The notes beneath the pieces were generated by a model. The model worked only from the letters and a program-made list of their open reading frames with translations. It searched no databases and was not told the DNA's origin. The position numbers were made by a program, and so were the translations under genes. A stretch of 64,000 nucleotides of DNA from Syntrophorhabdaceae bacterium (lineage in GTDB: Bacteria; Desulfobacterota; Syntrophorhabdia; Syntrophorhabdales; Syntrophorhabdaceae): the NCBI GenBank assembly GCA_035541755.1, contig DATKMQ010000063.1, forward strand, positions 13,364-77,363. Reading direction: 5' to 3'. Positions 53,963-63,071 of this stretch are shown here, in pieces (within the stretch, counting starts at the first letter, position 1; each line of letters begins with the position of its first letter).

Positions 53963-53991
53963 CGCCCGGGGCTACCGGTACGCCCGGGGCT
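53963..53991. repeat. 11-nt perfect direct repeat CGCCCGGGGCT x2 separated by palindromic ACCGGTA
   Basis: Copies at 53963-53973 and 53981-53991, in the 108-nt spacer between the 75-aa Zn-ribbon ORF and norZ. Confidence 0.6.
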
Positions 53992-54003
53992 GCTGCGGGC
54001 AGC

Positions 54004-54231
54004 TCATTTGCCTTTACGGCCCGGGGATGCGGGTGGAGGTTTGATCTCTTTACGGCATTTGGTGAAATACTTCTGGTTCCTCAACTCGAAGGTGCGCTGT
54101 CTGCAATGAGGACACGTATACCACACGTCATTTCCGCATTTGGGGCAGTATCCCGGTGTGTGCGTCTCCTTTGTAGAGACACTTCTCGAATAATTGCACG
54201 CCGGATTTGAACACAGATTGTAATGCGCCAT
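54004..54231 (-). CDS. Small Cys-rich Zn-ribbon protein (75 aa)
   Basis: Cys pairs 'CSNPAC', 'CPKC' and 'CPHC'. SD GAGGTG lies 6 nt upstream. Confidence 0.55.
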   Translation of the reverse strand: MAHYNLCSNPACNYSRSVSTKETHTPGYCPKCGNDVWYTCPHCRQRTFELRNQKYFTKCRKEIKPPPASPGRKGK

Positions 54232-54260
54232 AAGGTCACCTCGGAGCAGCGATTTAAGCA

Positions 54261-54278
54261 GAATACATATGTGTATTC
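54261..54278. promoter_or_regulatory. Inverted repeat GAATACA-N4-TGTATTC upstream of the Zn-ribbon/norZ unit (candidate operator)
   Basis: 7-bp perfect arms, 30-47 nt upstream of ATG 54231. Confidence 0.3.
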
Positions 54279-54429
54279 ATCATCGCCGATGCATTCTGTC
54301 AAGGGGCACGCGCATATAAAAACACTTCACTTTACTTCACAAAACGGTTGACAGGTCTTATGCTTTGTAAGGGATGTTACCCGAGGCGTGTGATTATTGC
54401 TTGAAAAATGTCATAAGGAGGAGGGCGCA

Positions 54430-54963
54430 ATGATGAAAACAACGGTACGTGTATTCGTGGTATTTGCTGTGATGGGTTTGTTTCTTGCGGGATGCGGGTG
54501 CTTTCAACAGCAGATGAGGGGTGAGACGCAGGCGCCGCCTGCCCCCATGGCGCAAACAGTCACGCCCGAGGCCAAGCCGGAGATGCCTGTCGCGGCTGCC
54601 GCCCCGGCTGCTGTGGCCTCGGCTCCATCTGTCATGTTAAAGGACATCAATTTCGATTTCGACAAATCCAATATCCGTCCCATGGACGCCGACATTTTGA
54701 AAGGGGACGTGGGCTGGTTTAACGCAAATGCGGGCAAAAAGGTCAGGATTGAGGGCAATTGCGATGAGCGGGGAACCGTGGAATATAACCTTGCCTTGGG
54801 GCAAAGAAGGGCTGACTCCACCAAGGACTTCCTGTCTAATCTCGGGGTCGACGCCAAGTTGCTCACCACCATAAGCTACGGAAAAGAGAAACCGCTCTGC
54901 CAGGAACACAATGAGGACTGCTGGGCAAAAAATAGACGCGCACACTTTGTGCCCGCCGACTGA
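54430..54963 (+). CDS. pal: Peptidoglycan-associated lipoprotein (OmpA-family C-terminal domain)
   Basis: Lipobox 'FLAGCG' and 'NFDFDKSNIR...IEGNCDERGTVEYNLALGQRRA...NRRAHF'. ATG 54430 is preferred because AGGAGG lies upstream of it. Confidence 0.85.
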   Translation: MMKTTVRVFVVFAVMGLFLAGCGCFQQQMRGETQAPPAPMAQTVTPEAKPEMPVAAAAPAAVASAPSVMLKDINFDFDKSNIRPMDADILKGDVGWFNANAGKKVRIEGNCDERGTVEYNLALGQRRADSTKDFLSNLGVDAKLLTTISYGKEKPLCQEHNEDCWAKNRRAHFVPAD

Positions 54964-55099
54964 GCAGAACGACCCAAAACCGGACGGAATGTTGAAGGGA
55001 ACGATGGGCAAAGAAAGCCCTAAAGTTCTCAAAGTTTGAAAGGGATTTTATTCTTTCTATATCGAGTTCGTTTAACACGAGGGCCCGGGCCTTTGCATC

Positions 55100-55399
55100 T
55101 CACCCAAGGCCGAGAGGGTAGTTTCCCGCGTGATGCCCCTCTCTTAAGCCCTCGATCACGATGAACAGGTAGCCTTTTTTCGAACCGTCGAGCGTGGTGT
55201 ACTTCACAGAATAGTCCGTGGCAAGCCGTAGATTACCACTTTCTTCACCAGGTTCTTTTGCAGGATTACGTGGAGCTCTGTTTCATGGCCCCCTTCATCC
55301 TGAAAAGCCGAGTAACTGTCGAATGCCGGGTGCTACGCTGTGGTGATGGCCGTATTTCCTGTCAAGTGACAGGAGCCTTGATAAACGGGGGCTCGGTGA
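55100..55399 (-). pseudogene. Decayed nicotinamidase/isochorismatase-family (pncA-like) gene remnant
   Basis: Three minus-strand frames read '...KYGHHHSVAPG', 'HPAFDSYSAFQDEGGHETELHVILQKNLVKKVVIYG' and 'LATDYSVKYTTLDGSKKGYLFIVIEG', collinear with PncA 'DHCV...VDSYSAF...GLATDYCVKFTVLDA'. There are at least 2 frameshifts, an in-frame stop, catalytic Cys changed to Ser, and no N-terminus. Confidence 0.55.
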
Positions 55400-55448
55400 C
55401 TAAATTCTAGGTGCCTGTTGCCGAATCGAAGCTAACCGGGGGAGAATT

Positions 55449-57020
55449 TTGCGGGTACTCGCTATGGAACATGATCCTGGTGTGGTCGATTTTTTGTCTC
55501 AGCCGGAGAACTATCCTGAAAGAGTGGCGTTAATCGATCACGTGGAGACACATATATCCCATGTCTTTGTCTGTGATGACTTTGCGTACAAGATAAAGAA
55601 GCCGGTCAGCCTGGGGTTCGTTGATTTTTCATCGCTTAAGAAACGGCGTTTCTTCTGTAAACGCGAGATAGCCTTGAATGCCCGACTCGCAAAAGATATC
55701 TACCTCTCGGTCCTTCCCATCTACCGAACAGAGCACGGTTACTCTTTCGCGCCTCATCGCGCGGCTCATATCGTGGAATATGCGATAAAGATGAAAAGGA
55801 TTTCCATGGATTGTCTTCTTTTTAAGCTCGTAAGCGATGGCAGGCCGCTCTACGGCGAGATGGAACGCGTTGGTGCCACCCTCGCCGATTTCCATAAGAG
55901 CTCCTCCCCTTACCGAGGCAAGAGGTACGGCACGTATGAAACGATCACTCACGCCACCTCGCAGAACTTCGAACAGATTAAGCCTTACTTGGGTCTTACT
56001 ATCGATGCGCCCCTTCTTGAGAGGCTCATGGAATACACGCGGGCATTTCTCGAGAGCGATGGGGGGCTATTTTCGGCGAGAAAGAGGTCTTTGCACGTGC
56101 GCGACGGTCATGGCGACCTGCACTGTCAGCACATATGTCTCGAGCAACCGCCCATCATCTTTGACTGCATCGAATTCAATGACGCCTTTCGCGTGATCGA
56201 CGTGCTTTTAGACGTGGCGTTTCTGTTTATGGATCTCGAATATAGAGGCAGGTTCGACCTCTCATCACGCCTTCTTGCCGCCTACTTCTCGCGGCAAAAG
56301 GATGAATTCCACCGGAATCTTCTCACCTTCTACAAGGTTTACCGGGCCGTGGTGCGCGGCAAGGTGGAGGGGTTCAGGGCAGCAGGACTCGCTCAAGGGA
56401 AAGAAAGGGAGGAGGCCCTGAAGGCAGCCAATGATTATTTCCGGCTCGCCGACTATTATGTGGCCGACGGAAACAAGCATTTTAATCCCATTGTATTCAT
56501 GGGCCTGTCAGGGTCAGGTAAATCGACAATAGCCAGAGATTTTTCATCGCACGCCATTGTTCTCAAATCCGATGAGGTGAGAAAACAGCTGGCGGGCCTT
56601 GAAAGTAGCGTTCACATGTACGAAGACTACGGTAAGGGCATCTATGCGCCGGAATTGACCGACAAATTTTATGGCATCCTTCTTGAAAAAACATTGGAGC
56701 ATGCGGGTTCCGGACAGAAGGTAGTGGTCGACGCCACCTACCTCACGGCGAACCATCGCAGGGATTTTTACTATCACTGCCGTAAGCGCGGTCTCAACCC
56801 CTTTTTTGTTCACTGCTTTGCCGATGAGAAGACACTGAGGAAAAGAATCACCCAGCGGATTTACGAGGGAACTGACCCGTCGGATGCCCACCTCGGCGTA
56901 CTCGACCATCAGTTGGAACACCGTGAAGACCCTGAGGAGTTGCCATCTTACAGGGTTCTTAAGATCAATACGGATCACGCCGTCCATGATATCGTATCGG
57001 CGCTCAAGGAATTCCTGTAA
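55449..57020 (+). CDS. Bifunctional aminoglycoside-phosphotransferase-like kinase / P-loop (AAA_33) kinase protein
   Basis: The N-terminal about 330 aa is APH-fold ('VETHISHVF', 'RDGHGDLHCQHI'). The C-terminal P-loop is 'FMGLSGSGKSTIA'. Confidence 0.72.
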   Translation: MRVLAMEHDPGVVDFLSQPENYPERVALIDHVETHISHVFVCDDFAYKIKKPVSLGFVDFSSLKKRRFFCKREIALNARLAKDIYLSVLPIYRTEHGYSFAPHRAAHIVEYAIKMKRISMDCLLFKLVSDGRPLYGEMERVGATLADFHKSSSPYRGKRYGTYETITHATSQNFEQIKPYLGLTIDAPLLERLMEYTRAFLESDGGLFSARKRSLHVRDGHGDLHCQHICLEQPPIIFDCIEFNDAFRVIDVLLDVAFLFMDLEYRGRFDLSSRLLAAYFSRQKDEFHRNLLTFYKVYRAVVRGKVEGFRAAGLAQGKEREEALKAANDYFRLADYYVADGNKHFNPIVFMGLSGSGKSTIARDFSSHAIVLKSDEVRKQLAGLESSVHMYEDYGKGIYAPELTDKFYGILLEKTLEHAGSGQKVVVDATYLTANHRRDFYYHCRKRGLNPFFVHCFADEKTLRKRITQRIYEGTDPSDAHLGVLDHQLEHREDPEELPSYRVLKINTDHAVHDIVSALKEFL

Positions 57021-57164
57021 CGCGGAAGAGCTTAAGACGCGTGTGCCGGGAGATTTTGCAATTCACCGGATATTTTAGTAGTATAAATTGCTCTGTTTTG
57101 ATGAACCTGCTGTTGGAGGAACCCCATTAGGTCGACAACAAAACCGAAATCCGGGACTCTGGAT

Positions 57165-60100
57165 TTGCCTTGTCCCATCGTGGCTATAGGTGCTTCAGCG
57201 GGCGGTCTTTCCGCTCTTGAACTTTTTTTGGCGGCCCTGCCCAGGCAGTTTAACTTTGCCGTGGTTTTCATGCAGCACCTCTCGCCGAAACACAAGAACC
57301 TTCTCCCGGAACTGCTTAAGTCCCGAATGAAACACCTGACCATTGAGGAGATAACGGATGGCCTTGAAGTAAAGGCGGGTAGACTCTATCTCTCCGGTCC
57401 CAAACAGGAAATCAAAATCGAAAAGGGAGTGCTTCGGGTGTCCTCACGATTAAGACCCCATGTGCACCTTGCCATCGACGAATTTCTCATTGCCCTGTCC
57501 CAGGACGCCTCTCAACGCACCATTGCGGCCATCTTTTCCGGGGCAGGCACTGATGGCGCCCGTGGAGTTCGCGCGGTGCACAGCGCCGGGGGCACTGTCT
57601 TTGTCCAGGACCCCGCCGGGGCTGAGTATCCGGATATGCCGCTCGCCGCCATAGATACCGGCGAGGTGGACGGGGTGTTCTCGCCGGACGATATGGCGAG
57701 GGAAATAGTGAAGTTTTATGATTCCGGCATGATCTTGACGGCGCCGGACCAGTTTATGGCGCCCGCAAACTTCGATGGTCTTTTTCGTCTGATTGATGAA
57801 AAGACAGGGTATCGATTTAACCACTATAAGAAGGGTGTCGTGGCCCGAAGGGTCAGGAGACGGATGTATCTCCATGGTATATCGACCGTTAATGAGTATC
57901 TGGAGTTTCTTGCCGGAAAGGATCGGGAGGCTCATCAACTCGCACAGGACCTGATGATAGGGGTAACCTCCTTTTTCAGGGATCGGCTGGCCTGGAAAGC
58001 CCTCCACCTGGAAGTAACGAGAAAACTCGTTGCTCAGGAAGATGATTCGCCCATCAGAGTCTGGACCGCCGCTTGCGCCACAGGAGAAGAGGCCTATTCC
58101 ATCGCCATGATGCTGAAATATGAGCTCGATAGCGCTGGAAAGAAGCGAGACATACAGGTCTTCGCAACGGATGTAAACGATCGGGCTCTTGAGCGAGCCC
58201 GCGAGGCCATATATCCGCCCACCATATCCGCTGATCTTCCGCCGGAGTACATCCATAAGTTCTTCGCGGCTCAAGACGACAAGCTTTCCTTCACCGTAAA
58301 CAAAGAGATACGACAGTTCGTGGTTTTCGCCAAACAGGACGTGCTTACCGATCCGCCCTTTTCTCGTCTGGACCTCGTAATCTGCCGCAACCTTCTGATA
58401 TATCTTGAGCCGGATGCTCAGGAAAAGTGTTTTACGCTCTTTCACTATGCCTTGAAGAACGGCGGGTTTCTCTTTCTCGGTAACGCAGAATCTCCAGGGA
58501 GAAACACCCCTCTCTTTACCTCGCTTGCTCACAAAAAATGCCGCATCTATCGCAGGGCGGAGACAAGGACGCGACCGAGAATACCCCTGTCCATGCCGTT
58601 TGCAGAGCGCACGGGAACGTCATCCAGGCAGAAACCTGTGGCAGAGGACCGGCGGTCCATCACACAATTCGTCCAGGAGGCGCTCCTTGAGGAACACGCG
58701 CCCGCAGCGCTCGCAATCAACCAGAACCACGAGATTCTCTACCACAATGGCCCCACAAACCGGTACCTGCACCAGCCCCGAGGTACGCCGACTCAGAATT
58801 TCCTGGAGCTTCTCCCCCAGAAACTGCGTAACAGATTACGGGGAGCTATTTATCGGGTAGGCGAGGAAACAAAACCGGTGAACGTCCGCACGACTGTGAC
58901 GGACGGTGATGGGCGTAAAAAAAAGGTCGCCATCCGCGTCTCAAAATTGCGGGACAATCTCTTTCTCGTGACTTTCAGGGAAAAAGCGGGGCCGCCTGGG
59001 GAAACAGAGGTCCTGGTCCCCGAAGCAGAAGTGATTGAAGAAACCGCAGTACGTCAATTGGAGAACGAGCTTGCCGCTACGCGGGATGATCTCCAGAGCC
59101 ATATCGAGCAACTAAGAAGCTTGAATGAAGAGCTTGAATCCTCGAACGAGGAGCTTCAGGCAGCCAACGAAGAGCTTGAAACCTCCCGGGAAGAGCTCCA
59201 GTCTCTCAACGAAGAGCTAACGACGGTCAACGCCCAGCTCCAGACCAAAATTGAGGAACAAGAGGAGACGAACGACGATCTGAGCAATTTCTTTACGAGC
59301 ACGAATATACCGACGATCTTTCTCGACCAGAAATTCAGGGTGAAACGGTTTACCCCTGCCATGTCGCGCCTCATTACGTTGATACCGGGTGACGTCGGAC
59401 GCCCCATCGTGGATATGTCACGTGATAGCCTGGGTCCCGATCTCACTGCCGATGCCCGATCGGTCCTTCACAGTTTGAGCGCCATAAAGAAGGAGTTCAA
59501 ACTCGGCCAGACCTGGTACATTCGTACCACCCTCCCGTATCGCACCACGGACAATCGCATTGAAGGGGTGGTTGTCGCCTATACGGATGTGACGGAGATG
59601 AAGGCGGTTCAAGAAGAGCTCGCGGATTCCCGGCGTCGTCTCGCGGTAATCGTGGATACCATTGCCGATGGATTTTTTGCCATGGACCGCACCTGGCGGA
59701 TCATCCATGCCAACGAAGCGGCCCTCAAACATTTCGACAAAACGCGAGACCAGATCGTGGGTCGTCTGTTGTTCGATGTATTCCCTGAGACGCGAGACAC
59801 CGCCTTTGAGACCGAGTATGCGCGCGCCATGGAAAGCGGTGAGGCCGTTCATTTTGAGGCGAGCTCCATGATCTCCGATAAAGTGATCGAGGTCCACGCC
59901 TATCCGGGTCCAGAGACCATGGCGATCTTGTTTCGCGATATCACGGAGCGCAGGAGGGCTGAGGCTGAAAGACGTCGCCTTGCCTCCTTCCCTGAGCTTA
60001 ACCCCAACCCGATCGTGGAAGTCGATTTGTCCGGTCAGTTGATCTTCGCCAATCCCGGCACCTACGCCCTTCTCGATAAACTCAGCATCGCCACCAGGGA

Positions 60101-62951
60101 TTACCGGACACTTCTGCCTGACGATCTACACATCATACTCAGTGATTGGGACCGCAAGAGTCCTCTCGTAGTCGGCCGCGAAGTCTCTGTCAAGGACAGA
60201 GTTCTTGATGAGACGATCCAGCTTGTCCCTGAATTTGAAGTGGCGCGTATCTATGCGCGCGACATTACAAAACGAAAGCTGGCCGAGAACCAGGTTGCCA
60301 GTTTCACCAGGCTCTACGCGGTCTTGAGCAGGGTAAATGAGACCATCGTGAGAACTCGCGACGAAGAGACGTTGTTTCGCGAAGTCTGCCGTATCCTCGC
60401 TGACGAGGGCGGCTTTCCTTTAGTCTGGGTTGGCATGGTGGAGAAACAACGGGTAGTTTCAGCGGCTTTTTGCGGTCCCGCAAGCGACTATCTGAAAGAA
60501 ATCAAAGTCGAGGTAAGCGGCAGGCTTGGCAAGGGCCCTACCGGCACCTGTATACGGGAAAACAGGGCGGTGATCAATGACGATTTTGCGACCAACCCTG
60601 CCGTTTCGCCCTGGCATGAAGCGGCCTCACGGTACGGGCTTCGCGCCTCGGCTGCATTTCCTTTGCGCCGACAGAATAAAGCCGTGGGTGCGTTCACAAT
60701 TTACGCATCAGAATCGAATGCCTTCGATCAAGAGCAGGTCCGTCTGCTCGAATCCTTAAGCTCTGACATCTCATACGCGCTCGATGCCATTGAACAGGAG
60801 CGGCTCCGCATACAAACTGAGCTTGATCTCACCAACGCAAAGGAGACCTGGGAACGAACATTCGACGCGGTGCCGGACCTGATCGCGATCCTCGATAACA
60901 ACCATCGGATCGTGCAGGTGAACGAGGCCATGGCCAAACGTCTCGGAGTGAAAGCCGAGCAGTGCCTGGGCCTATACTGTTACGAGGCTGTTCACGGTCT
61001 GTCCTGGCCCCCCGAGTTCTGTCCCCACGTGAAGACCCTCAAGGATTCTTGCGAGCACATGGAACAGGTTCACGAAGCCCGGCTCGGAGGCGATTTCGAA
61101 GTGACCACAACCCCGATTTATGACGGCCAGGATAATATGGTCGGCTCCGTACATGTGGCCCACGATATCACCGAGCGCGAGCGGGTTGAACATGCGCTCA
61201 GAAGGAACATGGAACGTCTGGACATCATATCGACAACCGCGAGCCAGCTTCTCATAAGCGAAGAGCCTCAACGACTCGTCGAGGCCCTCTGTGACAAAGT
61301 TCTTAAGCACCTTGACTGCCAGGCCTTCTTCAACTTCCTCGTCGACGATGTGAGAAACTGCCTTCGGCTCAATGCTTATGCTGGTATCCCCCACGAGACT
61401 GCTCAACAGATATTGTTCCTCGATTTCGGCGTTGCTGTGTGCGGATGCGCGGCGCGCGATGCCTGCCGGATCGTTGCCGAGCATATCCCCACCACGCCGG
61501 ACATAAGGACCGATCTTGTCCGTTCCTTCGGCATCAAAGCCTACGCCTGTCATCCCCTGTTCGCTCAAGGACGCGTCATAGGGACGCTCTCGTTCGGTAC
61601 CAAATCGCGACTCACCTTCACGGAAGATGAACTGTCGCTCATGAAGACCGTGGCAGATCTGGTGGCAACAGCCATGGAGCGGATTCGTCTACTCAAATCG
61701 GCCCGGGAAAAGGCAGAGGAGCTTGAAATCCGGGTGGAGGAGAGGACCTTTGAGCTAAGCGAGGCATATGAATCGCTGCGGACCGAAGTGGAGGAGCGCA
61801 AGAGAACCGAGGAACAGCTTCGACAGGCCAACAAAATGGAGGCCATAGGAACCCTCGCCGGAGGGATCGCCCATGACTTCAACAACATCCTTGCCGCCAT
61901 TATGGGATTTGCGGAGATGGCGGTAGACGACACGATAGACAACCCGGACGTGACGAAAAATCTTCGCTACGTGCTCAAATCGGCTCACCGGGGAAAAGAA
62001 CTGGTGAAGCAAATCCTTGCCTTTTCTCGCAAGGCCGAACACATAAGGGGGTTGATCTCTGTTGCCTCAATCCTGAAAGAAACGGTGCAGCTTTTGAGGG
62101 CCTCTATTCCGAGCACTATCGAGATAAAAGTCAAAACCACCGCAAGCTCAGATAACGTATTCGCCTCCCCGGTAGAAATACAGCAAATCCTTATGAACCT
62201 CGTCACCAATGCCTCCCTTGCTATGCAGGACAAGGGGGGGACCGTAGAGATCAGTCTCAATGACATCGATTTCCGGTCAGACCCCCCGGTGGCCTATCCG
62301 GATATGGAACCTGGAGAGTACATTCAGCTCGCCGTAAAGGACACGGGAGTCGGTATAGCACCGGAGGTCATGAAGCGGATCTTCGAACCCTTTTTTACCA
62401 CGCGGGAGGTGGGCAAAGGTACGGGTATGGGGCTTGCCGTAGTGTACGGGATCGTGAAAGACCTGGACGGATATATCGCGGCAGAGAGTGAGCCTGGAGC
62501 AGGCTCCATCTTTCGCGTGATCCTGCCCAAGGCAGCGTCCCGCGCAGCGCCCGAGCAGCAAGTGGCTGAAGCGAGCCCGAGAGGAAAAGAACGGATTCTT
62601 TTCATCGATGATGAGGAGCTGCTCGCGCAGTGGGGCCGAGCCGCGCTCGCGAAGCTCGGTTACGACGTAACATCCGTCACCGACAGCGTGGAGGCTTTGA
62701 AGATCTTTACGGCTGACCCGTCCCGATTTGACCTTATCATCACCGACCAGACCATGCCCGGCATGACGGGCATGCAGCTTGCCGGGGAGCTTCTCAAAAT
62801 ACGCCCTGAAATTCCGGTCATTCTCTCAACGGGCCACAGCGAATCCGTTACGCCGGAAGCAGTCAAGGCGGCAGGGATAAAAGAGCTTCTCCTGAAACCT
62901 GTCGACAGGACGCAATTCGCCTCGATCGTACGTCGCGTCCTCGACCTCTGA
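57165..62951 (+). CDS. 1928-aa CheB-methylesterase / CheR-methyltransferase / multi-PAS / GAF / histidine kinase / receiver hybrid signalling protein
   Basis: 'VAIGASAGGLSALELF' (CheB-like), 'FFRD...RVWTAACATGEEAYSIAM' (CheR), an 'NEEL' heptad coiled coil, several PAS regions, GAF, H-box 'AHDFNNIL', HATPase 'GTGMGLAVVYGIV' and REC 'FIDDEE...ITDQTMPGMTG'. Confidence 0.9.
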   Translation: MPCPIVAIGASAGGLSALELFLAALPRQFNFAVVFMQHLSPKHKNLLPELLKSRMKHLTIEEITDGLEVKAGRLYLSGPKQEIKIEKGVLRVSSRLRPHVHLAIDEFLIALSQDASQRTIAAIFSGAGTDGARGVRAVHSAGGTVFVQDPAGAEYPDMPLAAIDTGEVDGVFSPDDMAREIVKFYDSGMILTAPDQFMAPANFDGLFRLIDEKTGYRFNHYKKGVVARRVRRRMYLHGISTVNEYLEFLAGKDREAHQLAQDLMIGVTSFFRDRLAWKALHLEVTRKLVAQEDDSPIRVWTAACATGEEAYSIAMMLKYELDSAGKKRDIQVFATDVNDRALERAREAIYPPTISADLPPEYIHKFFAAQDDKLSFTVNKEIRQFVVFAKQDVLTDPPFSRLDLVICRNLLIYLEPDAQEKCFTLFHYALKNGGFLFLGNAESPGRNTPLFTSLAHKKCRIYRRAETRTRPRIPLSMPFAERTGTSSRQKPVAEDRRSITQFVQEALLEEHAPAALAINQNHEILYHNGPTNRYLHQPRGTPTQNFLELLPQKLRNRLRGAIYRVGEETKPVNVRTTVTDGDGRKKKVAIRVSKLRDNLFLVTFREKAGPPGETEVLVPEAEVIEETAVRQLENELAATRDDLQSHIEQLRSLNEELESSNEELQAANEELETSREELQSLNEELTTVNAQLQTKIEEQEETNDDLSNFFTSTNIPTIFLDQKFRVKRFTPAMSRLITLIPGDVGRPIVDMSRDSLGPDLTADARSVLHSLSAIKKEFKLGQTWYIRTTLPYRTTDNRIEGVVVAYTDVTEMKAVQEELADSRRRLAVIVDTIADGFFAMDRTWRIIHANEAALKHFDKTRDQIVGRLLFDVFPETRDTAFETEYARAMESGEAVHFEASSMISDKVIEVHAYPGPETMAILFRDITERRRAEAERRRLASFPELNPNPIVEVDLSGQLIFANPGTYALLDKLSIATRDYRTLLPDDLHIILSDWDRKSPLVVGREVSVKDRVLDETIQLVPEFEVARIYARDITKRKLAENQVASFTRLYAVLSRVNETIVRTRDEETLFREVCRILADEGGFPLVWVGMVEKQRVVSAAFCGPASDYLKEIKVEVSGRLGKGPTGTCIRENRAVINDDFATNPAVSPWHEAASRYGLRASAAFPLRRQNKAVGAFTIYASESNAFDQEQVRLLESLSSDISYALDAIEQERLRIQTELDLTNAKETWERTFDAVPDLIAILDNNHRIVQVNEAMAKRLGVKAEQCLGLYCYEAVHGLSWPPEFCPHVKTLKDSCEHMEQVHEARLGGDFEVTTTPIYDGQDNMVGSVHVAHDITERERVEHALRRNMERLDIISTTASQLLISEEPQRLVEALCDKVLKHLDCQAFFNFLVDDVRNCLRLNAYAGIPHETAQQILFLDFGVAVCGCAARDACRIVAEHIPTTPDIRTDLVRSFGIKAYACHPLFAQGRVIGTLSFGTKSRLTFTEDELSLMKTVADLVATAMERIRLLKSAREKAEELEIRVEERTFELSEAYESLRTEVEERKRTEEQLRQANKMEAIGTLAGGIAHDFNNILAAIMGFAEMAVDDTIDNPDVTKNLRYVLKSAHRGKELVKQILAFSRKAEHIRGLISVASILKETVQLLRASIPSTIEIKVKTTASSDNVFASPVEIQQILMNLVTNASLAMQDKGGTVEISLNDIDFRSDPPVAYPDMEPGEYIQLAVKDTGVGIAPEVMKRIFEPFFTTREVGKGTGMGLAVVYGIVKDLDGYIAAESEPGAGSIFRVILPKAASRAAPEQQVAEASPRGKERILFIDDEELLAQWGRAALAKLGYDVTSVTDSVEALKIFTADPSRFDLIITDQTMPGMTGMQLAGELLKIRPEIPVILSTGHSESVTPEAVKAAGIKELLLKPVDRTQFASIVRRVLDL

Positions 62952-63022
62952 GCTTCGGAATGACATCCGAACTCATTGTATGAGAGGCCTGTCTCCATCT
63001 ATTTTATTCGTGTAAGCCCATA

Positions 63023-63051
63023 TTGACACAGGCCTGTCTGAGGGTTATGTT
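63023..63051 (+). promoter_or_regulatory. Putative promoter TTGACA-17-TATGTT
   Basis: -35 at 63023-63028 and -10 at 63046-63051, 20 nt upstream of GTG 63072. Confidence 0.4.
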
Positions 63052-63071
63052 CCGGACAGGGAAAAGAGCGG

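Noticed and set aside
59100-59260. Periodic DNA repeat (GAAGAGCTT... every 21 nt) that could be mistaken for a tandem repeat or CRISPR-like array.
   Set aside because: It encodes the in-frame 'NEELxSxNEELQ' heptad coiled coil typical of CheR-PAS fusion proteins. The units are degenerate and there are no spacers.
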